From the NCBI GenBank assembly GCA_040954595.2, contig CM082582.2, positions 3,456,303-3,520,302 of the forward strand: a DNA stretch of 64,000 nt, read 5' to 3'. This stretch comes from Balanoglossus misakiensis (lineage: Eukaryota; Animalia; Hemichordata). A program made the translations under genes and the position numbers. The notes beneath the pieces were generated by a model that made no database searches, was not told the origin of the DNA, and was given only the letters and a program-made list of their open reading frames with translations. Positions 40,947-52,238 of the stretch are shown piece after piece; the stretch's first letter is position 1; every line of letters begins with the position of its first letter.

Positions 40947-43900
40947 ATGGTAGGTGATTTTACCGATTTGCAGGGATCTATTTCATTTGAGATCTTGTCT
41001 GTAACTGTCTCTTGATGTAATATGTAATATTGATCATTAACTTCACCCCATCGATACATTTGCCAAAAGTTTGATCGCCGAAACAAATATTTTCAAAGAT
41101 GGCGTCGACCATCTGACTCTAATATCAGTGTTTAGCCCAACTCAACTGGGATATGTCGAGCGTGTTCCGCTGTACAGGGATACGTAAAACAGACTTTAAT
41201 AGTGGAGCCCCACTCCCTACCCGTCGTGGTTCACAGCAGTTATCTGATCGTGTAGGCTTTTCAGTACGATACCGTAGAACTAGAAGATCAGTGACAGTAT
41301 TACACTAAATTTACAATAACACCGTTTGCAGTTATTGAATGGGATCAAATAAGTTAACGTACATTTGTACCACATTCATGATTCAAAGAGGTTGAAGTAC
41401 AAATTTCCTTGCTCAGTGTTCGATTATGATTATAGTAATTAGAAATTTTGTTATCCGGATCCCAGTCGGGCAAACATTGATGCCAACGAGCAATGCGTCT
41501 ATTCACTTGGTTACCTCTGAGTACCTCCATCATCCATGGTTACACCACAGTCCCTCTATTACAGGACTGTGGTTTACAATGTACACGGTTGTATTAGCTG
41601 CTTGTCCATAGCCCTACCACTCCCTTTGCTGTTTGTGTTGGGGACGACAATATAGCAATATAATTTAAGACAACATGCAATTATTTGTTGTGCAAAAATA
41701 GCTAGAATATATCAGCAGTAACCCCCCCCCCCCCCCCCGACAAACAAACAATTTGTATGATTAGTGCAAATTATGGTTTACCTGACTACATTTACATAAA
41801 ATAACCCTAAAATGTGTTACCATGGAAATTCAATATTGTTGCAGTTAAGATAGCTATACACTAGTGTCTGTGGGTACTTTTAAAGACCGAAAAGTTTGCA
41901 GCAGCTACAAAATCAAATTTATCAAAAATATTGTTTTTATGAACAAATCTAATGTAACATCAGTATGTTACCATTGAAGTGGAATATTATTACAATTTCT
42001 TACAGAAACAATACACTACTGAAAGTATATTTATTATTGCTACAGCTAATCGAAGTTGTTTGTACTAGGTAGTCTCCGATCATGTAACTGTGGAAATTTC
42101 ATATCAATTCCTTGGAACATCAATCCATACCTGCAAACAAAGAGATGAGTTTAGGGCATGTTCACATGAATTGAATAGTTTTAGTATTTTTTTTTTTACT
42201 TTTCAGTTTTTGCTTTTTCTCATGTTTCTCAAATTTTATTATGAATGATTATGAACTGAAGTTTCATGTGACATTTTTAATTAGAGACAGAAGAAAGCAG
42301 TATCCAAATGGACGTTGGTGGCGCACTATGATGCACGCTTAATTTATGAACTTTTTGATTAACATAATTACAATAGCACAATGACATGAAACAACAATTT
42401 ATTTATGTTGTCAGTAAACTGTGGTAAAATTGATGCTGACTAAAAAAAACCTTATACCGGTAAGTCAGAAGCACCATTGCTCAAGAATTCATGATAACAA
42501 AGCATGCATGGAATTTTTCACTCATCTTTCTGATAAACTTGCCAATGTTTTCCCCAAACATTACAATACCTTTTTAAAAATTCTTAAAATGTCACAGTAA
42601 TAAGTATGCTTTCAAAAAAATGGTGGTACATGTACCTGTCAAAATTCCCTCAAAGTGTGTATGCAGTGCATATTACATGATGCTTTGAGTTCCTTTGTAA
42701 TTCATCTATTCTTTTTTAATAATGTGCAGCCTCCTAAAAAGAAGAAAAGTGGGAAGGGCAAGAAGGGGAAAGGTAAAAGGAAGTCGGCAAAATCTAAAAC
42801 ACCAACAGTTATTGATGGAATTTCCACTGAAGAAATGAGCAAAGAACAAGTGAGTATATAATCTTCATCTGAGTATGGCCGCAACACAGTGCCACATGAC
42901 ACTTTGTTGTCCCAATACATACATGACCATCACATCATACAGGAATCATCAGACTGAATAGAAGTGAAAACTGACAAAATGATGCAATTGAGTGATTTTC
43001 TGCTGGATGCACTTTACAATCTGAGGTGAGACCCCTGTCAGTAAATATATTGATCTAGACGTTGCATGGAAGGACATGCTGGTCAGGTATATAGTAATAT
43101 TAAACCAGCATGTACCTGGTGAAATCCAGTTCACATTAAATTTAATACCACAGTACCATTTCTGTCAATGTAGCTTGAAGAACATATTGTCAGACTGAGA
43201 GAAGAATTAGATCGAGAGAGAGAAGAGAGAAATTACTTCCAACTGGAAAGAGACAAAGTGAATACCTTCTGGGAGATTACAAAAAGACAACTGGAAGAAT
43301 GCCGAGCTGAGCTTAGAAATAAAGACAGAGAAATGGAAGATGCTGAAGAGAGACATCAAGTTGAAATCAAGGTATATGTCTGATTTTCTATGCATGTTTT
43401 TACATATGTTTAGGTGTGTGATGGACCCAAGCACACGTTTTGTCGTTTGGTGGCCCACAGAGTTGTAACAGTTACAGATAAGCCCTGTAGTGCCTTGCAT
43501 TGTGCATATTCAAAAGCTGGTAATGTTTTGAAATACCGGCAAACCTCATTCTGGTGTTTTGATATATTGGGCATTCCAAAACAAAATGAAATTCATCTTC
43601 AACAGACTGACAGTGAGCGATTTGACTACTGTTAAAATTTTACTATCCTTATATTTTGGAGAATTTTTATTTTTATTTTGATTCTAGAATTTTACCAACT
43701 ATAGAAATTCAACCCCTTCCCACTTTTAAAAGACTTTTCACACACAAGCAACAAACTCTTTTGTTCCCTACAGTGGTTATTGTTCAAATCCACAATCACA
43801 CTATCTCTTTATGTCACTACATGTTTTCCACAATGATTTTGGCCCAATGATTAAATTTGGCTTCTTGCTGGGCTGATCCCTTAATGTTAGCTTCATTGTT

Positions 43901-46900
43901 TTCAGGTACCCCTTTCACCACCATGGTTCAGTCCAGAGTCATTGTTTTCTAGGGTGAAGTTGGACCTCTAAAGAGGGAAATGGGGGTGAAAGGGTTAAAT
44001 TACCCGATCCCAACATGTGACATTCTGAAGTACAACTCACTGACTGTAATAATCTTTCAATCTTCACAGGTGTATAAACAGAAAGTCAAACATTTATTAT
44101 ATGAACACCAGAACAATATTTCTGAACTAAAAGCAGAAAGTGCTGTTGCATTGAAACTGGCGCAAGATGAGAACAGGGGGAATGAGGGAGATCTCCGTAA
44201 AGACAAGCGCAGTCTGAAGGTCACGCTCAAAGAACAGGAACTCTCACATGAAGATGTTGTCAAGAATCTCAAAATTGTAAGTACCGGTATTACAGGATTT
44301 TTAACGGAATACTTCTGATATTTGTCACAGCAGATTTCCTACATGTTGGCATACTTAGGCCAGCCCTTTTAAAGAGACCAGCTGTTAAAAAAAGTGAATA
44401 TTTCAAGTTTTGTTGACTCATTGATGTCATTGTCTTTGTAGAAACATGATGAAGTTGTGACACAGCTCCGTAATGACTTTGAGAGGGAAGCTCGGGAAAT
44501 AGAAGCCAAGTATGAGAAGAAGATGAGAATGCTTCGAGACGAGTTGGAATTGAGAAGAAAAACTGAAATTCATGAAATTGAGGAGAGGAAGAATGGACAA
44601 ATCAACACCCTGATGAAGAATCACGAAAAAGCATTCAGCGATATCAAGAATTATTATAATGATATTACCTTGAATAATTTGGCACTTATAAACTCACTGA
44701 AGGTATGTAGGTTGGTTTTCGGAGGTTGCTGTGATTTTTGGATGCGCATATTTTTGACGTGTCCATAGAAAAAATAGTGTCAAAGGGAGAAATATATGCA
44801 TGAAGAATAATTAATCACTTCATCCCCATGCATCTGAAAGCTCCTTGGGGACATACCTGTGCCTGGGTCTGTCAATCAAATTTGGCTAGCCAGGCTGTAA
44901 GTAGGCTTGCTGGGTGGCATCAAATACATGTGATTTTGGCATCAACATGACCTGTTCTTTTTGCTCTGCATTAATTAAAATACCACTGTTAAAGAAACTT
45001 AAAGCCCCAGTAACTCTCACCTTTTCAGCTGTTTTTTGAGGACGCAATATACCAGTAGATTTATATTAAATGTTTTTGTTGAAAAATTCTGAGGTCAATA
45101 GACAAACAGTTTGAAATGCCACTTTCTTGGCTCATGTGGGCTGTATGATGACCAGTAGACTGTAATGCAATACTGTGAATTCAGATCAGTGGTCGTGCTT
45201 GCTGTTAATGGTATGAGGTCTCTGGGAACGCAGTGAAACCACAAAATGCGTCCCCTGCTCTTTTGAGTGCATCTCCGTAGAAAACAGCAGTTAAATGTCA
45301 GCAGCTGATTGGATTGTGTCTAACAATTTTCATGTCTATTTTGCCAGGAACAAGTGGAAGAAATGAAAAAGAAAGAAGAGAGAATGGAGAAACAAATGAA
45401 CGAAATACAAGCTGAAAACCGAAGACTAAAAGAACCTCTTGAGAAAGCTCGAGAGGAAGTGTCAGAACTTCAGAGGCAGTTAGCGAACTATGACAAAGAC
45501 AAGGCCTCATTAGCTGTAAGTAGTTCTAGAAATTTTGACCGCACTATAACTGAATACATATTTTATTGAAAGTTATCTTAGACCGCCAAGTCTGGGTGTG
45601 AATTATGACTTGCATTATGACTTGCAGTTTGGTTTCTATCAAGTTGTACCCTGTAAACTATCAAAATTACGATTGTGTATGTGTTCAGTGTTGGCGACCA
45701 TACACTGTCTTGCTACTCCAAATTATTTGCACATTTTACAGGTTTGTTTGCTTGATGAAACCAAGTTTGCATTTTGTCTAGTGGTCATAAACAAAATTAT
45801 CACTTTATATACAACAGAAGAGGCAAAACTTTGGCACTTTTTAAAGTTATGAATCGTCATTATTTTGCAAACTGTGAGACTTCACGCAAGTTTTTCAGGA
45901 AGAGTGACTTTGTCCCTTTAAGTTTAAGACATTCTATGTTTTGAAAAGAAATGTCCCATATTCTTTATTAATTGCTGTTGGGGAGAACACTGTACATAGT
46001 CAACCATAGACCCTGGGTCTATGATCACTGGATCAGTTGCCCAGTTGTGCGATGCTGAGAATATGAAGACGTAACATACATTACTGTTTGTATGACTAAT
46101 CAGAGATGCATTCTAGGACTTGGCAGTTTTATTTGTTGGAAATTTGAGTGGATGGGCTTCAAATTGGTAATCAGTTACATGCATAATAGAAGTTTACATG
46201 TGTTCCAGACTTCAAGCTCTATTCATTGTTCATTGACAGAGTGCTAAGGCGCGTCTCAAAGTAATGGACCAAGATTATAGAGATCTTCAGTGGGAACATG
46301 AAGTTCTGGAACAGAGATTTGAACAGGTAGGTTTTGACAGTCATTATTCTCCCAGGGTAAACCCATGTCCTTGGGTTGTGTGATATGACTTGAACGTGAA
46401 GAGAGCTTGTGCAGTAATTAAGTTCATGGCACAGGGACGTCTAGAGTTTGTTAATGAACTTGTGCAAAGTCTGTCATTAAAACTTGTTTCTCCCAAAATG
46501 ACATTTGCTATTAAAAAGTGGGAACATACATGTATGTCATCTTTGTTGTAGAACTTAAGTTGGACATATTTTAGCTCGTCCACCATCTTGCCTTGCATGA
46601 CCTTTCTGTCATTCACTGCCATCATTTTATTTTTTACTTTTTATCAGTTGCAAAGAGAGAGGGATGAGCTGTATGCCAAGTTTGTCAAGGCTATTCATGA
46701 AGTACAACAGAAGAGTAATTTCAAGAACTTACTACTGGAGAAGAAACTAACAGCCTTAGCAGACACACTTGAGAAGAAGGAGGCACAGCTGAATGAAGTC
46801 TTATCAGCTTCGAACTTAGATCCTACAGCACTGACAGTTGTCACCAGAAAATTGGAGGTAAAGTTGACATGAAAGCATGCCATCATTGTGCATGAAGTAG

Positions 46901-48038
46901 TGTATTCATTTGTGCTGTTAAAAGTCCTCAAGTTGTATAAGTCAATGTAAGTTTGGATTTTTATCTGTATGTTACATGTTGCTAGAAAATTTCTTAAGAA
47001 AATGAAATTATTTTTTAGTTTCGATTAGACTAGAGTATAATTATGTTTGTATAATGTGCACATAATATTTTATATTTAATGTGTGGAATGTGTCTTACAG
47101 GATGTTTTGGACTCCAAGAACAGCGCCATCAAAGATCTCCAGTATGAATTGGCTCGTGTTTGCAAGGTATAGTGAAAAGTCTCCTATGTCTCAAAAAATG
47201 TGGTGTCCATGACTTCCAGATATGGTCGTTAGCAGTTTGTACACCTCACAACAATTTCAGTATTTCATCAGAAATTGTGGCTCATATCCCAGTAGTTTTA
47301 GCCCCTGTGCAAGACGCAGGGACTAAAGTCATACTGAAGTTTGTCTCTGTGTGTGTCTTTGTCAGCAATACCTCAATAACAGCTGATCAGATTTCAACAC
47401 TGAAAAGTTGGTGGATGGGAACTGTATGGAAATGCTAAGAACAAAATATTAGGTTTATGTTTGGTCCTCTTTTGGCAGCCATCTTTTTCAACCAATTTGG
47501 AAGCCTCACCGACAACAGATTTCGATAGACTGGTGCGTTTAACTGAGAAACAGGAAGAAATTGTGTCAAATGAAATGTCCATTTAAATGAGCTTGATGTT
47601 GGGTATATACACAAACATATCATCAACCTGTGATTGTGGATGTTCATTTACACATGAACAAGTTAAATAATAAATGGGTGCCACACCCATATATTCAGTC
47701 GCCCGTTGCAAGAGTTTATAACTATTGTGATATGCACACACAGGTGTTAGAACCTCCACAAATTCAAAATGTTGTCATCTGTCAATAAGGAAAAGATTTA
47801 AGTGTGTTATAATATGCTAAAAGTGGCAGCTATAGGGGCTTCAACTTTAACACCCATTTTGTTTTTCTTTCTTCTTTTTTTCATACAGGCCCATAATGAT
47901 CTGATGCATACTTATGAATCTAAGCTGCAGCAGTTTGGTGTACCGACCGATGAACTTGGTTTCAAACCATTAGAGAGTACTGTTGGTGGTCAGCAACTAG
48001 GACAGGGACCAGCAGGTCTTGTGGCAGCTCCAACATAG
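40947..48038 (+). CDS. GAS8: Dynein regulatory complex subunit 4 (GAS8/DRC4); 10 coding exons, ~489 aa
   Basis: Exons 40947-40949 (ATG only), 42730-42849, 43174-43371, 44070-44276, 44442-44702, 45348-45515, 46240-46326, 46648-46857, 47101-47166, 47889-48038. Hallmarks: [90 protein letters not shown] near 48110 and 48144. Confidence 0.95.
43908..43997. mobile_element. piggyBac-like MITE, third copy (GAS8 intron 3)
   Basis: CCCCTTTCACCACCATGGTTCAGTCC...GTTGGACCTCTAAAGAGGGAAATGGGGGTGAAAGGGTTAA. Confidence 0.7.
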
Positions 48039-48528
48039 GAACAAACCATGCCACGTAATGAGTGTCACCCATTTGGAGTTGTCCAGCTAGACATCCATAT
48101 TCCACAGTAAATAAACTTTTGTTTTTGAAACTACAAAATGTAAAATAAAACCAAAAACGTGAAAAAATGTTCATCCAAACATTCATGTTTATTACATATT
48201 TCTGATGTATATTTGCATAAATATTTCTGTACCCTAATGTATAAGGGTCAATCTGGTATCTATCCTCCAAAAATAAGCGTTTTCTTTGACTTTGAATATA
48301 CAAGTGTAAGTGTTGTAAATAAAGGCTGTTATTAAATAATTTTAAATTGATTTGTGTCCTTTTTTTAAGTCCTGTGGACGGAAGGTCCAATGGACCATCA
48401 CGTTGCATGTGCTGTATGTCATCTGTAGAGCAATAAACAAAATTTCAGTAATTTTTTCTGAAATTTGTCAGGATGATGACGTGCAAATACCTCCTGCATA
48501 ATTTCTTGCTCTACTCCCCTTATCAACG

Positions 48529-49345
48529 TAGCTGAGGTATTTAAGGGTGTCGAAAATACAAGAGTGAGGGGCCAAAGTGCGGGACACGCACTGTGCAATA
48601 AATGGCACTCTGCGGGAATACACGCACACTGCAAAAGATGTGGGACTCTGCGGGACCCTTGGCTTTGATTACATTTGAATTTTGAGGAGTTCGATCGTGT
48701 TTTTGACCGACATTTTCTAATTTCATGTTGCATTTCGAGGAGGTCGATCGTGTTTGACCGACATTTTCTATTGTCCTGTTGCATTTCGAGGAGGTCTTTC
48801 GTGTTTTTGACGACGTCCGACGACATTCGGGCATGGAGTTCGATCGTGTTTTTGACCGACATTTTCTACTTTCATGTTGCATTTCGAGGAGGTCGATCGT
48901 GTTTTTGACGACGACCGACGACATTCGGGCGTTGAAAATAATAAATGATCGGGCGATCAACCACCCACAATCGACATTTTCTACTGTCCTGATGTTGCAT
49001 TCGTAAGTGGTAAACCCAAGGATGACACACGTTTATGCAACGTCGTTCACAAGCCATACAGGCCTGGCTCATTTTTTTTCTCTGTCCGAGTACACATTAG
49101 GTTACGTGTTGTTCTGCTCTGCCGAAAAATCAAACGGTCCGTTCCTAGATCTGCGTACTGGTCTGTGTGTTCCCGGTTACACTACACGGCCTCCAGTGGT
49201 GGAGGCCGTGTAACGCCGGGAACAGAGCAAGGTCCGTTCCCTGCGCGTCGGATAATTCCCACAGAGTGCCATTTATAGCACTGTGCGTGTCCCGCACTTT
49301 GGCCCCTCACTCTTGTATTTTCGACACCCTTAAATACCTGACGTA
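48529..49345. mobile_element. ~815-bp element with ~90-bp TIRs and internal degenerate ~53-bp tandem repeats
   Basis: AGGTATTTAAGGGTGTCGAAAATACAAGAGTGAGGGGCCAAAGTGCGGGACACGCAC (from 48535) is inverted at ~49283-49339; internal repeats of TCGATCGTGTTTTTGACCGACATTTTCTA...GTTGCATTTCGAGGAGG at 48685-48980. Exact ends uncertain. Confidence 0.75.
49146..49230. mobile_element. Internally deleted family B element nested in the 48529-49345 element, 10-bp TSD
   Basis: TAGATCTGCGTACTGGTCTGTGTGTTCCCGG...GGAGGCCGTGTAACGCCGGGAACAGAGCAA matches the ends of 8634-9124; GGTCCGTTCC at 49136-49145 and 49231-49240. Confidence 0.75.
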
Positions 49346-49425
49346 GCTTGTATGTATGTAACCACCATCGTTATTTTTGACAACTGATTTCAAATTGTGC
49401 ACCATAATGCTGACTATTCACATAT

Positions 49426-49830
49426 TAGCTGCAATAATTGTAGCCTTGGTGGTGGGCTGGTGTATCGCTGTTTGCTGGCCTGATCGCTGATGGCCCCACC
49501 AAGGCTACAATGCCATCCTTTACCTGACCTACGTAAAAGCGCACTGCCCATCGGCAGCGAATCTTGCCTTACTGTTTGCAAATATAACCGTAATCCCCCT
49601 CTCGGATAATATTAGCAGTGTTGTAAGCCCATATCGACGGACAACTGTACTCTTTGCAGCTGAAAAACGAGTTTAATCACTCGGACACGATGTCAATTCA
49701 AAATCCGCAGTGCGCTTTTACGTAGGCCAGGTATAGGATGGCATTGTAGCCTTGGTGGGGCCATCAGCGATCAGGCCAGCCGACAGTGATACACCAGCCC
49801 ACCCCACCAAGGCTACAATTATTGCAGCTA
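49426..49830. mobile_element. 405-bp foldback element (TAGCTGCAATAATTG...CAATTATTGCAGCTA)
   Basis: ~120-bp inverted arms (49426-49546 / 49708-49830), each with its own internal inverted repeat TTGTAGCCTTGGTGG...CCACCAAGGCTACAA. No clear TSD. Confidence 0.8.
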
Positions 49831-50252
49831 TACATACATAAGCTAAATGCTTGGCATTTCATTGGGTTTCATGAATTTGAATAAGAAACTGAGCAGATAC
49901 ACATCCCAAAAATACTGACAACATAGCACTGAAAAGTGACAGCTAACAGAATTTTACCAAATTTTAGTGTTATACCAAATACAGTGTCACTGCCCCCCAA
50001 GTTATGAAACTTGACAGAAATATTTTTCTCTCTTGAACAATAAACTGCAAATTTACATATCAAATGAACTTTAGTAATCAGTGAGTGACTGCACATTCTT
50101 GGTAATGTGATACAGATATTGAATTTGCATAGAACAGATAGTAATATTGAATTTGCACAGACCTGATAGTACTATGAAACATTTACCAGTGTCATGTTAA
50201 TTAACTGCTAATTTATGCCAATATGGCTAATTTGCAGATTCTGTCTTATTAA

Positions 50253-52193
50253 AGAGCCTATCTTACCTCGAAACACACTTTTGAGGATAAATAATAATTG
50301 GGCTTGTGTGTTAAATGCTGGTGTCCTTTTACTTATTTCATATGGATAAATAAATGTTAAATTTAAAAATGTTCAGGGCCTGAGAAAAAAGTTCTGTTTT
50401 GGCCACGCCCATTTCCGTGACGTCACAAGAGGAACCCATTTACGTTTGCAACAGACTAGCACTGTACATTGCAGTGGTTGAATTGCAACCATACATGCCT
50501 GTGATGTAAATGGCTTTGCTGTGTCAGCCTGGGTACAACTCTGTATCCCCCGTACCCTTCAAAATAAACGTACATATGTCTACCTTATCATCTAGGGGAG
50601 ATGCGATTATGAAAAAAAAAACTCGGCCCGGTTAGGCTACGGCTTCGCATTGCAAGCAGTACACAACATGCAATGGCAGCGGATGTATATAGGCACCTTA
50701 CACATACAATGATTGCTGCCTCGATTAAACCGTCGAATATTGCCCAGAGGTTTAGGTCTAGAGTGTTGGGACTAAATCTACTTATCTTGGACAATGTCAA
50801 CTTATTGATAACTGATCGTGGTCTTTTTGGCGATTTTCAATGACTGCCTCAACAGACAAAATACGCGTGTGTTATTGTACAAGGCCAAGGGAACTCCATC
50901 AGCGCCGATCGGCAGCGATGACACATATCGCGCCGCGATGTATATTTACTACCAGCACTAAAATTCTGTCTTCTGAATTACATGTAAGCTATGCCTTTTT
51001 GGTGATGACAAACAGAAACATTTATGACTTGTCGCTGTAATCATGGAAGTTCCTTGACATGCTTCATACTGCATTATAACAAAATGAAACCATACAACCA
51101 ACAGCAACAGGCGATCATGCCAGGCCGACCCACTCACGCTCACAAAGCATGAAACATTTTCATTGATACACACGAATATCTAAGTTTGGAAACAGTTTTC
51201 ACTCACACGAGGCAAAATTTATTCAACACATTTTGTTTCAAAATTTGTACAGTGTGTTTTGGAGCCGATGAGTCGGACATAGCGCGACGTAAAACTTGTA
51301 AACAAAGAAATTAGAAAAGAAAGATGGCGACCGTTCAACCGAAGCCATACAAAGGTACGACTGAAAAAAACGTGAAATAGTAACGGTAATATTTTGAACG
51401 TTCAAGTTTTTACATCGATTGCTGTCAACCTTAATTATCGTAGTTTGCGGTCACTGGGTACCGGTTAGCCAGACGGAAGCGTGAATAATAATAAACAATC
51501 TCAACATGATGTCGGCCAACGCAAAATTGTGTTTACGCATCCTGCCAGTTCACCTACTACTACTTGTCTACAGTACTGTGTAAATCGCGGTCGCTGGAAC
51601 ATTGTATGAACACCAATACCGGGTATAAACGATCTGTTGGTCGACCTCTCCTGCTGACAGGCTTCTATTTTCCTGTATGGGTGGGGATTGTCTTCTCGTG
51701 ATTCGAACCTGGCCGATTATCGTTCAACGGTCATGCATTGACAGTTACGGCCGCGGCCGTCACCGGCGCCGCGCCGGCTTCATATCCACCGTACGATGTT
51801 GATGATCGTGGCAGAGACTTTCATTCGTTTTTGTGGAACTCACACGGGTGACTCCCGTCTAGGTAATGTGTTGCTGCAACCACGACAAACAACTCCCTTT
51901 CCCATAGTGGTATTACACAGAAAAGCACGAAAACACCGTATGACACCTGTGAGCATCGCTAAAGCTGGTCTACCTGACCGGTTCCTCTTGTGACGTCACG
52001 TCACGTGACCAAAATGCAGCAAATCTGAACTCGGACTTTTCAGGACGGGGTGGATTTTGAAGCATTTTATGAGAACAAAACAAATATTATAGAAATCGAT
52101 ACCCGAAAAATATAGTCACTTTTGGAAAATAGTACATTTCTTTTGAATACTTTTTAACCTTCTGATAAGATTTAAAAAGGCAAGATATGCTCT
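50253..52193. mobile_element. 1.94-kb TTAA-flanked decayed Kolobok-like transposon
   Basis: TIR AGAGCCTATCTTACCT versus reverse complement AGAGCATATCTTGCCT (14/16); TTAA at 50249-50252 and 52194-52197; perfect 20-bp subterminal inverted repeat GTGACGTCACAAGAGGAACC at 50417-50436 / 51980-51999; THAP-like start MGKGVVCRGCSNT on the minus strand from 51905. Confidence 0.7.
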
Positions 52194-52238
52194 TTAAACT
52201 ACGTCCGCAAGATCACATTTAGTTTATATCTAGTTCGT

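Noticed and set aside
48419-48960. Repetitive ORFs and a regularly spaced array resembling CRISPR or a repeat protein
   Set aside because: Degenerate tandem repeats without unique spacers, inside a TIR element; eukaryotic context and no cas genes.
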